This document shows positions 48,808 through 58,806 of a DNA stretch of 64,000 bases, piece by piece; within the stretch, counting starts at the first letter, position 1, and each line of letters opens with the position of its first letter. The stretch is taken from the NCBI GenBank assembly GCA_963718895.1, contig CAVRAG010000007.1, positions 544,001 to 608,000 on the forward strand, written 5' to 3'. This stretch comes from an uncultured Nitrososphaerota archaeon (GTDB lineage: Archaea > Thermoproteota > Nitrososphaeria > Nitrososphaerales > Gagatemarchaeaceae). The position numbers were made by a program, and so were the translations under genes. The notes beneath the pieces were generated by a model. It had not been told where the DNA came from. It ran no database searches and was given only the letters and a program-made list of their open reading frames with translations.

Positions 48808-50192
48808 TTAAGGGTATCCTGGTTGCCAGGTTACTGTGTCCGATCCCGAGGAATAGGTACCCGCTAGGACCCACTGCGTGGTGGTTCCCTTGGTTTGCAC
48901 TTCGTAGATGTCGTAGCCGACCGGGGCTTCGTCTCCTGATGCCTGGAGGGAGGTCCACCCTGATGCACCGAAGTAGTGGTCGGCGATGTTCGCGAAGACC
49001 TTCTGGATCGCCTGCCCGTTGTTCTGGCCAGCCGCCAGAACTGAGAGCGCGATCACCCACGCCGCGTCGTATGCATTGATTGCGTATGAGACGGGTGATT
49101 CGTGTGCGGTGGCGTTGAACTCTTGGGTGAAGGCGTTGGTCGCTGCCGTCGCTGCCGGAGATTCGCCGATGGTGCTCACCAGCTTCACCTGGGCGGCGAT
49201 TGGCGCGGCCGCGCTTGTGGAGTTGGAGAAGTCGGTGTTCTGTGACTCACCGTCCGACCCGTACCAGGTAGCAGACAGCAGGCCCGGGAAGCAGGCTCTT
49301 CGCCTGAACGAGCATGTTGCCGACCTCCTGGAAGCCGATCGCGACGATGGCTACGCTGCTTGCGCCGTACTTGCCCACCGCAGACTGATACTCGCTCTGC
49401 ATGGTGGTCAAGGTAGGTGTGAAGTCAGTAGCGATGGTGCTGTACTGGACCTCTGCTTCCGCGTGCCCGCCAAGTGCAGCGAACCTGACGATCGTTGCGT
49501 TCGCCAGGCCGGTGCCGTACACGCTCTGCTGGTTGACGACGACTATGTCCTTGATGTTCTGGCTCACGAGTGCGCGGGCGATTGCGAAGCTCTGTGCGGC
49601 GTCGTTGGGCACGAACCTGAAGAGGTAGTCGTTGGGGATGGCGAGGCTGATCGCCGTCGAAGACGGGCTAATCAGCACGATGTGGTCGGTGTCAGCAGTA
49701 CTGAAGGACGTTGCTTGCTTCGGAGCTGGATAGAGGCCCGACCACGGCCTGTACCCCGTCCGAGGACAGGGTCTGGAGGTCGGTGAGGGCGGTCGCAGGG
49801 CTGCTGCCGGTGTCCTCATAGATTGCCGCGAACTTCAGGTTCGTGTAACCGGTGTTCTGCAGGTAGGTGTTGACGTCGTTCACGGCCAAGCCCACCGCTA
49901 TCTTGATCGGGAGACCGATTCCGGAGAGCGGGCCCGAGAGGTCCGTTAGGACCCCTATGTTGACAGTTCCGGAGAGGGCCGAACCTCCGCTTCCCGTGAC
50001 CGTGTTCGTCACGGTGTTGGTTACGGTCGCTCCCGCCCCGACTGTGGTGGTCGAGTAGGAGGTGGTTGTGAACGTGCTGGTGGTACCTGATGGGGTGATT
50101 GCGTAGGTGACTCCTGCGCCTACGATTAGTCCTACAACGAGGAGTGCGATTGCTATTCCTGTAGATACAGCTTTCCGTCTATTGGTTTTCGT
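48808..50192 (-). CDS. ABC substrate-binding protein (LivJ/K-like), frameshifts at about 49698 and 49292
   Basis: RRKAVSTGIAIALLVVGLIVGAG signal, Thr-rich linker, IGVLTDLSG, VGPLSS, SPSSTA, LFRFVPND and AYDA. Confidence 0.85.
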
Positions 50193-50239
50193 GAGCTTTC
50201 GACAAGACTCGCAAACTATTTAAATCTTGGCTCTAAATT

Positions 50240-51193
50240 ATGCATGTTAGGTGCAACCGGATTCCTGCTCTGCCTCCATTTGCTATCAGCGCAGTAGTCT
50301 ACGGCTCCATATTTGCGCTGATGAGCGTAAGCCTGACCCTGACGTACATCACAACAAAAGTTCCGAACTTCGCGCAGGGCGCGCTGGTCACCGCCGGGCT
50401 CTACACGGGCTTCGCGCTCTTGCGGGTCAACAAAATCAACCCCTACGATTCGCTCCCCCTCTCGTTCCTGGTCGGAGGGGCCATCGCAGTCGGAATATAC
50501 CTGCTCGTTCTCAACCCGTTGGCGAAGCGGGGCGCTTCTGTCATCTCACTGATGATCGCCACGCTCGCGGTCGACATCGTATTCATAGGGATCTTCGGGA
50601 TCTATTCAGACTATCTCTTCGAGGTGAAGGAAGTCTATGACGCGAAGCTCTTCTACGCCCTGACATCGGTGGACTTCAGCCTCCGGGGCGTCGACGGGGT
50701 GGTCTTCGTCGCCCCCATTGCGCTCGCGGTGATCACTGTTGGACTATACCTGATGCTCACGAGGACGCGGTTCGGGCTCGCCATGAGGGCGACCGTCGAA
50801 AATCCCGACCTCGCCAGAGTCGTCGGTATCAACACGCGGACGGTCTACCTCGTGTCATGGTTCCTTGCCGGAGGACTTGCGGGCATATCGGGTGTCTTCT
50901 ACTCCCTCTGGCAAGGCGGTGAGCCAGACATAGGGTCCATCCTGCTCATTTCGATGTTCGCGGGGAGCATCCTCGGAGGGCTGAAGAGCATCTACGGAGC
51001 GGTCGTGGGAGGTCTTATCGTGGGCGGAAGCGAGATCGTCGTGACGACTCTTGGCTCCCAGTACATAGGATCATGGGTCACGTCATACGAGCCGGGAATA
51101 CCCCTCCTCATCATGGTCGGCACTCTCCTCATAATCCCCGGAGGGATTACCTCCTTGGATTGGAAGAGGCTCATCTCTTGGAGGAGAAAGTAG
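50240..51193 (+). CDS. branched-chain amino-acid ABC permease (LivH-like)
   Basis: PNFAQG, RTRFGLAMRA..GIN and ILGGLKS; start uncertain. Confidence 0.9.
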   Translation: MHVRCNRIPALPPFAISAVVYGSIFALMSVSLTLTYITTKVPNFAQGALVTAGLYTGFALLRVNKINPYDSLPLSFLVGGAIAVGIYLLVLNPLAKRGASVISLMIATLAVDIVFIGIFGIYSDYLFEVKEVYDAKLFYALTSVDFSLRGVDGVVFVAPIALAVITVGLYLMLTRTRFGLAMRATVENPDLARVVGINTRTVYLVSWFLAGGLAGISGVFYSLWQGGEPDIGSILLISMFAGSILGGLKSIYGAVVGGLIVGGSEIVVTTLGSQYIGSWVTSYEPGIPLLIMVGTLLIIPGGITSLDWKRLISWRRK

Positions 51194-51208
51194 CTGCTCC
51201 CGCCCCTT

Positions 51209-52306
51209 ATGTTGCTCGGGGTAACGAACTGGCCCAACTTCCTAACCTCTCTGCTCGCCTTCTTCTCGCTCTACCTGATAATCACCATTAGCCTGAACCT
51301 CGAGATGGGCTACGCCGGTATTCCAAACTTCGGGAAGGTGCTGTACTTCATGGGAGGGGCGGCATTCTCAGGTACCTTCGCGATACGTGCGGCTGCGTGG
51401 CTCCTGAACGTGAAGGGCGACCCTGTCGGGTTCGACAATTTCCTCATTGCGGGCAAGCTGACCACCCTGCTCCAGACCAACATTCCGGCCTCTGCCCTCC
51501 TCATAGCGATGACGGTGGCGATAGGAGCACTGGTCGGCGGTGTACTCGGCTATATCTCCATCTTTCCTGCGATAAGGCTCCGCGAGGACTATCTCGCAAT
51601 GCTCCTGCTGGGGGCTGCCGCCTTCTTCCAGATCTTTCTGGCCAACTACACGCCATTGATAGACGGGCCATTCGGCATCGGGATACCGAATTTCTTCGCC
51701 TGGGCGGGACAGTACAGTGCGCTCGCTGCGACGTTGCTGATCGCCGCGGTTGCGCTGGCCGTCTACATCTACGCCGAGAGGATGGTGCGCTCGCCTCTTG
51801 GCAGGACTCTCAGAGCGATGCGGGACAACGAAGCCGCGTCGGAGGCGCTGGGGAAGGATACTGTAGTGATCAGAAGGAACGTCCTCATCATCGCCTCGGT
51901 CATCACCGGGATAGCCGGCGCGCTCTACACGATCTACACAGGCGACACAAACCCCGCCATCTACGACAGGGTCACCTGGACGTTCTGGCCGTGGCTCATG
52001 GTCATACTCGGCGGCGTCGCAAGCAACTCAGGGACGGCGCTCGGGACATTTGTGTTCGTCTTCCTTCTTCAGTACATCAACACGACCAAGTATCTGCTGC
52101 AGAACGTGATTCCTTTCGATGTGACCTGGCTCGAGTATCTCCTGTTCGGTTCGCTGCTGATAGTGATACTGATGGTGAGGCCCCAAGGGATACTCAAAGA
52201 GAGGCCCAGCGCGACCCTGAAGCCCTCGGTGATCTCTGGCATAATAGAGCGGCTCGAAGGTAAGCCGACTCCCAAGCCGCCCGAGGAGAGCCCGGCCGGG
52301 GGCTAG
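51209..52306 (+). CDS. branched-chain amino-acid ABC permease (LivM-like)
   Basis: SLNLEMGYAG, RLREDYLA and SPLGRTLRAMRDNE. Confidence 0.9.
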   Translation: MLLGVTNWPNFLTSLLAFFSLYLIITISLNLEMGYAGIPNFGKVLYFMGGAAFSGTFAIRAAAWLLNVKGDPVGFDNFLIAGKLTTLLQTNIPASALLIAMTVAIGALVGGVLGYISIFPAIRLREDYLAMLLLGAAAFFQIFLANYTPLIDGPFGIGIPNFFAWAGQYSALAATLLIAAVALAVYIYAERMVRSPLGRTLRAMRDNEAASEALGKDTVVIRRNVLIIASVITGIAGALYTIYTGDTNPAIYDRVTWTFWPWLMVILGGVASNSGTALGTFVFVFLLQYINTTKYLLQNVIPFDVTWLEYLLFGSLLIVILMVRPQGILKERPSATLKPSVISGIIERLEGKPTPKPPEESPAGG

Positions 52307-52367
52307 GCGTTGCCTGTGGGCCGCATAAATAGGCAGCCGGACCGATAACGGGGCCCACGGGCCAACC

Positions 52368-53348
52368 TTGAGAATCCTCACACTCACAGACGAGCAGGTG
52401 CTTTCCCTGGCAGATATCCGCGGAGCGGTCGACGAGCTGGAGAAGGTCTTCCTGCTCGTGCCCGGTGGCGGCGTCGAATCACCGATCCGGACGAGGTTCA
52501 GGATGACAGATGTGAGAAATGTGCTCCTAATGCCGTCCCTGATCAGGGAGAAGCGGGACACCCTAAGCCTCAAGCTGGTCAGCGTCTATCCGGACCTCGG
52601 CGGTGGCCTGCCCTCGACGCGGGCGGTGGTGCTGCTGGTGGACGGCAAGAACGGTGAACTCAAGTGCGTGATGGGAGGGACGAGCCTGACAGGCCTCAGG
52701 ACGGGGGCGGTCTCAGGTCTCTCCTGCAGGTACCTCGCGAGGAAGGACTCCGAGAGCCTTGCGATGCTCGGCGCAGGCGGGCAGGGGTTCTACCAGATCA
52801 GCGGGGTCGCGTCCCAGCTCGGCATCCGGAGAGTATCGGTCTTCGACATCGACAGGGGAAGGCAGAAGAGGCTGATCGAGAGGTGCCGGAACGAGCTGCA
52901 TCTCGAGACCGAAGCCAGCGAGACAGTCAGGGCCGCGACGAGCGGGGCGGACGTCATCGTCACAGCGACGACGGCCAAGGTTCCATTCCTTGATGCGGAC
53001 GACGTTCGCCCAGGGACTCACGTCGTAGCCATAGGGGCGTACACTCCGGAGTCGAGGGAGCTGGCTACGGGCCTCGTCTCGAGAGCCTCGCTCTACGTCG
53101 ACTCGGTCGATGCCGCGATGGAGGAGGCGGGGGACGTCTTGATACCTATGAGGGAGGGGGCGATCACGCAGGCTAGCATAAGGGGGGACCTTGCGGGGCT
53201 CGTCTCCGGCAGGGTGAAGGGGAGGTCGAGCGACTCCGAGATCACGGTATTCAAGGCGGTCGGGCTGGCCTTCGAGGACAACGCAGTCGGGTGGATGGTC
53301 TTCTCGCGGGCGATAAAGTCGGGAACTGGCGGATGGATCGAGATCTAG
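52368..53348 (+). CDS. ornithine cyclodeaminase / mu-crystallin family protein
   Basis: LKLVSVYP, LTGLRTGA, GAGGQG and FKAVGLAFED. Confidence 0.9.
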   Translation: MRILTLTDEQVLSLADIRGAVDELEKVFLLVPGGGVESPIRTRFRMTDVRNVLLMPSLIREKRDTLSLKLVSVYPDLGGGLPSTRAVVLLVDGKNGELKCVMGGTSLTGLRTGAVSGLSCRYLARKDSESLAMLGAGGQGFYQISGVASQLGIRRVSVFDIDRGRQKRLIERCRNELHLETEASETVRAATSGADVIVTATTAKVPFLDADDVRPGTHVVAIGAYTPESRELATGLVSRASLYVDSVDAAMEEAGDVLIPMREGAITQASIRGDLAGLVSGRVKGRSSDSEITVFKAVGLAFEDNAVGWMVFSRAIKSGTGGWIEI

Positions 53349-53517
53349 GTTGCCCGAATCACGGATCCGCTGAAGCCCCCCCCGCCCACCCATTCGCTCT
53401 GTCCGTGAGAGAGGAGCGACCCTTCGACCGGACGCCGGGGCGCGACGCCGGAATAGACTTAATTAATCCCGTGGAACGTTTAACCAGTCCCCTCCTAGGA
53501 GATTGAGTGGATCGTAG

Positions 53518-54075
53518 TTGGAGACAGCGGGAAAGGTCATCACCGAGCTCTTCATGCAGCGTGAGCGAGAGTTCCTGCTCTCTCCGGTCAGGGTACTGGC
53601 CAAGTCCTCGTTCGATGCGATGGACGTGGGTGACGTGGAGATTCCAAAGATGAAGTTGGGAGAAGCGGCCGAGATCCCCAGGTGGGTCGCCGAGGAGCTG
53701 GCCGAGCTGAGCATCGCGGAGATCCAGGAGGAACCTTTCGAGGGAGAGATCTTCAAGGCCCTGACGCGGGAGAAGATGCTCGGCTCTCCCCAGCTCTCGC
53801 CCCTCCACGCAAACTTCTACCTTAGGATGCGGAGAAGGCTCGCGACGATAAAGGCCGGGTCCGAGACCGGGAGGTACAGGAGGGAGGACTACGAGAAGCT
53901 GAAGGGCACCTGCTACGATCTCATCGGGCGAAGGCTAAGCAAGCTGCTCTCGATGAGCTCATCCTCGAGCCTGCAGACCATCGGGGACAAGATCACCCCG
54001 GAGGAGAGGGTCTTCTTCACAAAGTCCCGGTCCTTCTCAGACGAGTGGAAGGGCGCCCTTCTGGGGGAATCCTAG
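53518..54075 (+). CDS. GINS23 subunit
   Basis: EIPRWVAEEL, LHANFY, RRLSKL and ITPEE; immediately upstream of MCM. Confidence 0.85.
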   Translation: METAGKVITELFMQREREFLLSPVRVLAKSSFDAMDVGDVEIPKMKLGEAAEIPRWVAEELAELSIAEIQEEPFEGEIFKALTREKMLGSPQLSPLHANFYLRMRRRLATIKAGSETGRYRREDYEKLKGTCYDLIGRRLSKLLSMSSSSSLQTIGDKITPEERVFFTKSRSFSDEWKGALLGES

Positions 54076-57000
54076 TTGGCCGTAATCACCCGCAAGCTCT
54101 CGGAGCTCTTTGAGGAGTTCCTCAGGACGTGGCAGGACAAGAGCGGGTCCTACAAGTACAGGGAGAGGATCGCCCAGCTAGCGGCTACCGGAGACAAGTC
54201 GGTCGTGGTCGACTACGAGGACATCATCCAGTTCAACACTGACCTTGGGGAGAGGCTGCTGTCGCAGCCCGACGAATCGCTCAAGGAGTTCAAGATGGCG
54301 GCGTTCGAGGTCCTCAGCACCGAGAACTCCTCGTACGCCGGTCAGGTGAAGAACGCGCTCACGGTCAGGATAAGGGGTATAACCGACAAGGTCTCCCTGC
54401 GCAAGGTGAACACCTCCCACCTCGACAAGATGATCGCGGTCGCAGGGATGGTCGTCAGGTCCTCCGAGCTCAGGCCTCTGCTGACGGACGGGGCCTTCGT
54501 CTGTCCCAACGGGCACGTCACGAAGGTGATTCAGGAGGGCGTCGTCATCAAGAGGCCGCTGAAGTGCGAGGGGTGCGAGGAGGTGAGGAACCTGGAGCTC
54601 GACGAGAAGAGGAGCACCTTCATCGACAGCCAGATCCTGAGGGTCCAGGAGCTCCCCGAGGAGCTGCCTCCGGGCCAGCTGCCGCGGTTCTTCGACGTGG
54701 ACGTCGTGGGAGACATCGTAAACACCGCGAGGCCGGGCGACAGGATCGTCCTCAGCGGGGTCGTCAGGGCGGAGATCGACATCACACCGGGGCAGGCCAG
54801 GACGAGGGTCTTCCACTCGAAGATCGACAGCAACCTGATAGAGGTCGCGGGCAAGGACCCGGGCCAGATACAGATCACGAAGGAGGACGAGTTCCTGATC
54901 AGGTCCGTCGCCGCGAACCCGGACGCCTACCAGAAGCTCATCAAGTCGGTCGCGCCGGCAATCCTCGGCCATGAGGCGGTTAAGGAGGCGATCCTCCTGC
55001 TCCTCGTAGGCGGCCCGCAGACAATACTCCCGGACGGGACGAAGCTGAGGGGGGACATCAACGTCTTCGTGGTCGGGGACCCGGGCGTCGCCAAGTCGGA
55101 GATGCTGAAGTTCGCAGCCCAGGTCGCCCCGAGAGGCATGTTCGCCTCGGGGAAGGGATCAACAGCCGCGGGGCTCTCGGCCGCAGTCATCCGGGAGAAG
55201 AACACGTTCATGCTGGAAGCAGGGGTGGTGGTTTTAGCTGATCAGGGGATAGCGTGTGTGACGGAGGATATGGAATTCTACACGGGACAGGAGCTCCTGT
55301 CTGCGGGAGAGCTATGGAAGCGTTGCGGAGGCAAGACATATCTCACAAAGTCCGGGCGTGAAGGCAAGGGGGGATACATCCCCGTGACCGCCTATGATAG
55401 CGCGAACCGGATTGACACGCCTTCGCTGGCCTTCTCAATGCTCCGGAAGAGACACCGCGGCCAGATCGTCAAGCTGACCCTCGCCTCTGGCCTCACTCTC
55501 GAGGTCACACCAGAGCACCTTCTGAGAAGGACCACGGCGTACAAGAACAAGTGGGTGCAAGCCGAATCGGTCAGGCCTGGGGACGAACTAAGGGCGCCCG
55601 TCAAGCTCTTCAGACCGGCGGCGACCCTGAACATATCTGCTGCAGAGAGCTACTCGATAGGGTGTGTCTACGGAGACGGCTGGTTGTCGAGAAATGCGAT
55701 AACCATCTCGCAGTCCAAAGTCGATGGAGACGTTATTCAGGCTGTGCAGCGAAACCTTCCCGACACATTTGCCTTTTATGACAAGGGCGAGAGACCCAGG
55801 GAAATCGGACGATACAAACTGATAGAGAGGTCAGTCCAACTGTACACTGCAAACCGCGATTTCGTCAGGCGTACGCATCTGCTCCTTCGTAGCCCATCCA
55901 CCGACAACACCCTGATGCTCGACGACTCGGCACTGTGGGCCTTTCTCGCCGGCGTCTTCGACACCGATGGAGATTTCAACAAGTCAAAGGGTAAGATTAC
56001 AGCCGCCAGAATCTACCCGACCAAATCCGAGCACGAACTAGCCGTCCTTCTCTACTGCCTGAGGCGACTGGGAGTATACGGGAGAATACATGGGATGCGC
56101 GATTCCATCCCTGTCATTCAGATTTCAGGTGGCGACATCACAAGGTTTATCGCCGGAATCAAGAGTTTCAGCGTCAAGGTGGCAAGGGAGGGGCCAGACT
56201 CGCTCCTGCTCGACCACAAGGGAATCAGGAGCCTTCGGAGGGGAGCCGAAAAAGTCGTGCACATCGAAAGAGAATCATATGACGGCTACGTCTACGACCT
56301 CAGTGTCGGCCGCTACCACAACTATGAATCCAGTCTGGTTTACATTCACAACTGCATAGACGAGTTCGATAAAATGAAGGAAGACGACCGCAGCGCCCTG
56401 CACGAGCAGATGGAACAGCAATCCTATCATCCCTCAACCGAAATTCTGCTGGCGGACGGAAGGAAAGTCAAGATCGGAGAGTTCGTCGAGGGCGCGTTCA
56501 GGGCGACCGGTGCAAGGACGGTCCAGGGCAGGGATTGTGAGGTCGCCGTTCTCGGGCGACCCGCCGACGTCTACTCAGCAGACCTGAACAACGGGAAGAT
56601 CTCAAGAGTGTCTATCGGCCGGGTCAGTCGCCATCGAGCTCCCTCCTCCTTCGTTAGGATAAGCTACTCCAACGGGAGGTCGGTTCTGGTGACCCCCGAG
56701 CACCCAGTCTTCGTCTACCGCGGAGACGGTCTAGCTACTTCGAGGGCGGATGCGCTGGAAGTCGGAGACTTCGCTCCAGCGCCTAGGCTCATTCCGAACT
56801 CTTCGGTCCCCGTGGTGCTTTCGAATCACGTAGGAACCAGGCTAAGCAAGGAGATAACGCAGCCTGCGACGCTCTCGCTCAAGACGGCTAGGATCCTCGG
56901 GTACCTGATTACCGAGGGGAATTTCTACGAAGGCTCCTCGGTCGAGGTTGACTTCACCAATCTGGACCCAAGGCTAATCGACGAGATGCGCGGCCTGATG

Positions 57001-58792
57001 CGCGACGAGTTCCAGATTTCTCCGACCCTCAGAAGATCAGAGGGCAGGGATCCGGGCCTCCGGTACGTCTCGAAGACCCTCCACGCTTGGCTCCGGTTGA
57101 ACTTCCCCGAGATGGTCCAGAAGGCCCGGCAGAAGAGGGCCCCGGCGAAGATCCTCGGAGCTTCGGTCGAGCACATCAACGCGTTCCTTGGCTCGGCTTT
57201 CCTCGGAGATGGTAGTGTCGAGTCTGAGGCCGTCTGCTATCGCACCGCCTCGGCTGGGCTGGCGGAAGACTACCAGGACCTCCTCCTAAAGCTCAGGGTG
57301 GCTTCGAGGATAAACTTCGATAGTTTCAACGACTCCTTCAAAGTCTACATTACGGGGGATTCGCTCGAGAGGTTCTTCACGATCATCGTGCACCCTCTCG
57401 ACCCGAGATTCACCACAATCAGGAAACTAGTCGAGAGGAGCAAGAGGAACAACAGGAAGCACGACGTGTTACCCACTGGCGTTGCAAGACTCTACATCTC
57501 TCTCCTCAAGCGGTTCGGCCTGAGATACAGCGGCGGGTTCCAGAGGCATCTCTCACTTGGGCACGGGATTACCGTCTCCGTGATGAGCAAGAACCTTGAA
57601 TCGATTGAAGAGCAGCGCGAGAACGTTCTTCGCGCGCTCGACGACAGCGCCTGTACCCTCCGCGAATTCCGCACCCGATCAGGATGGTCTCAGCAGCGGA
57701 TTGCAGACCTTGCAGGCATTCCACGTGGCGTCATCGACTATGCGGAGAGAGGCGGCTATCCTGAAGAGGAAAGGAGGAAGATTGTGGAGAATGCTCGAAT
57801 AGCACTCCGGCGCGAGTTTGCATCTGATGAGGCGATCTCCTACCTCAAGAACCTCATGGGACTGAGATTCCTCAGGGTCACAGGTGCCGAGCGCGTCGAC
57901 AACACAGGGCCTGACAAGGTCAATTGGGTATACGACGTCACCGTCGAGCCAAGCCACAACTTCGTCTCGGCAGCAACAATTCTCCACAACACGATAACGA
58001 TTGCCAAGGGGGGAATCTACGCGACGCTCAACGCCCGGACCTCCATCCTTGCGGCTGCCAACCCGATATTCGGCAAGTACGACCCGTACAAGAACCTGAC
58101 CGATAACATCACGCTCCCCATCCCCCTCCTAACTAGGTTCGATCTGATATTCGTGGTCAAGGACACCCCGACGCCCGCTCAGGACGAGAAGCTCGCCACC
58201 CACATCCTTGACGTGCACAGGAAGAGGGGGTACACGGACCCGCCTCCCGTCCAGTTCGACCTGCTGAAGAAGTACCTCACCTACGCCAAGAAAATCTCCC
58301 CGACCCTCACCATGGAGGCCCAGAACCGCCTGAAGGAGTACTACCTCCAGCTCAGGAGGTCCGTGGCCGAGGGGCAGATAGGGGCGACCCCGAGGACGCT
58401 CGAGTCGCTGATCCGGCTCGCCAGCGCCAAGGCCAGGCTCATGCTCAGGGACATCGTCCTCGAGGAGGACGCGCTCGACGGCCATCTCGCTCATGAACAG
58501 GATGGTCGAGGACGTCCTCACAGACACGGAGACCAAGACCAAGGCGGACTTCGGCATACTCCTCGGGCAGCCCGCCGGCGAGAGGGGGAAGCTCTCGACC
58601 TCGATGGAGATCTTCAGGACCATGGAAGGTCAGGACAAAAAGCCCGTCGAGCTCAAGCTCTTCAGGGACGAGCTCGTCAAGAGCGGAAGGTTCAAGGGAG
58701 ACGACGAGATCGACAAGATGATCCAGAAGCTCATCAAGGAGGGGATAATCTGGGAGAACAAGCCCGGGTTCTACAGGCGCGTCCAGGCCTAG
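54076..58792 (+). CDS. mcm: MCM replicative helicase with two inteins; frameshift near 58475
   Basis: GDPGVAKS, SGKGSTAAGL, CIDEFDKM, AAANP and LLTRFD; the winged-helix C-terminus is in ORF 58493-58792. Confidence 0.95.
55255..56352 (+). mobile_element. MCM intein 1 (366 aa) with LAGLIDADG endonuclease
   Basis: ADQGIA|CVTED...TPEH...GCVYGDG...FLAGVFDTDG...VYDLSV..HNY..IHN|CIDEFDKM. Confidence 0.93.
56422..57990 (+). mobile_element. MCM intein 2 (523 aa) with LAGLIDADG endonuclease and an XRE-like helix-turn-helix
   Basis: MEQQ|SYHP...TPEHP...LGYLITEG...FLGSAFLGDG...VYDVTV..HNF..LHN|TITIAKGG. Confidence 0.93.
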
Positions 58793-58806
58793 AGTAGGCG
58801 AGCCCC

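Noticed and set aside
21990-58490. Frameshifts in the MFS gene (about 22005 and 22425), lysX (31712), lysJ (33715), lysZ (34577), hisS (45578), the binding protein (49292 and 49698) and mcm (58475) as programmed frameshifts, introns or pseudogenes
   Set aside because: Each is fixed by deleting one base, often in a G run. They hit essential genes (hisS, mcm), and I saw no BHB or slippery-site structure at them. Long-read consensus error is the simplest explanation.
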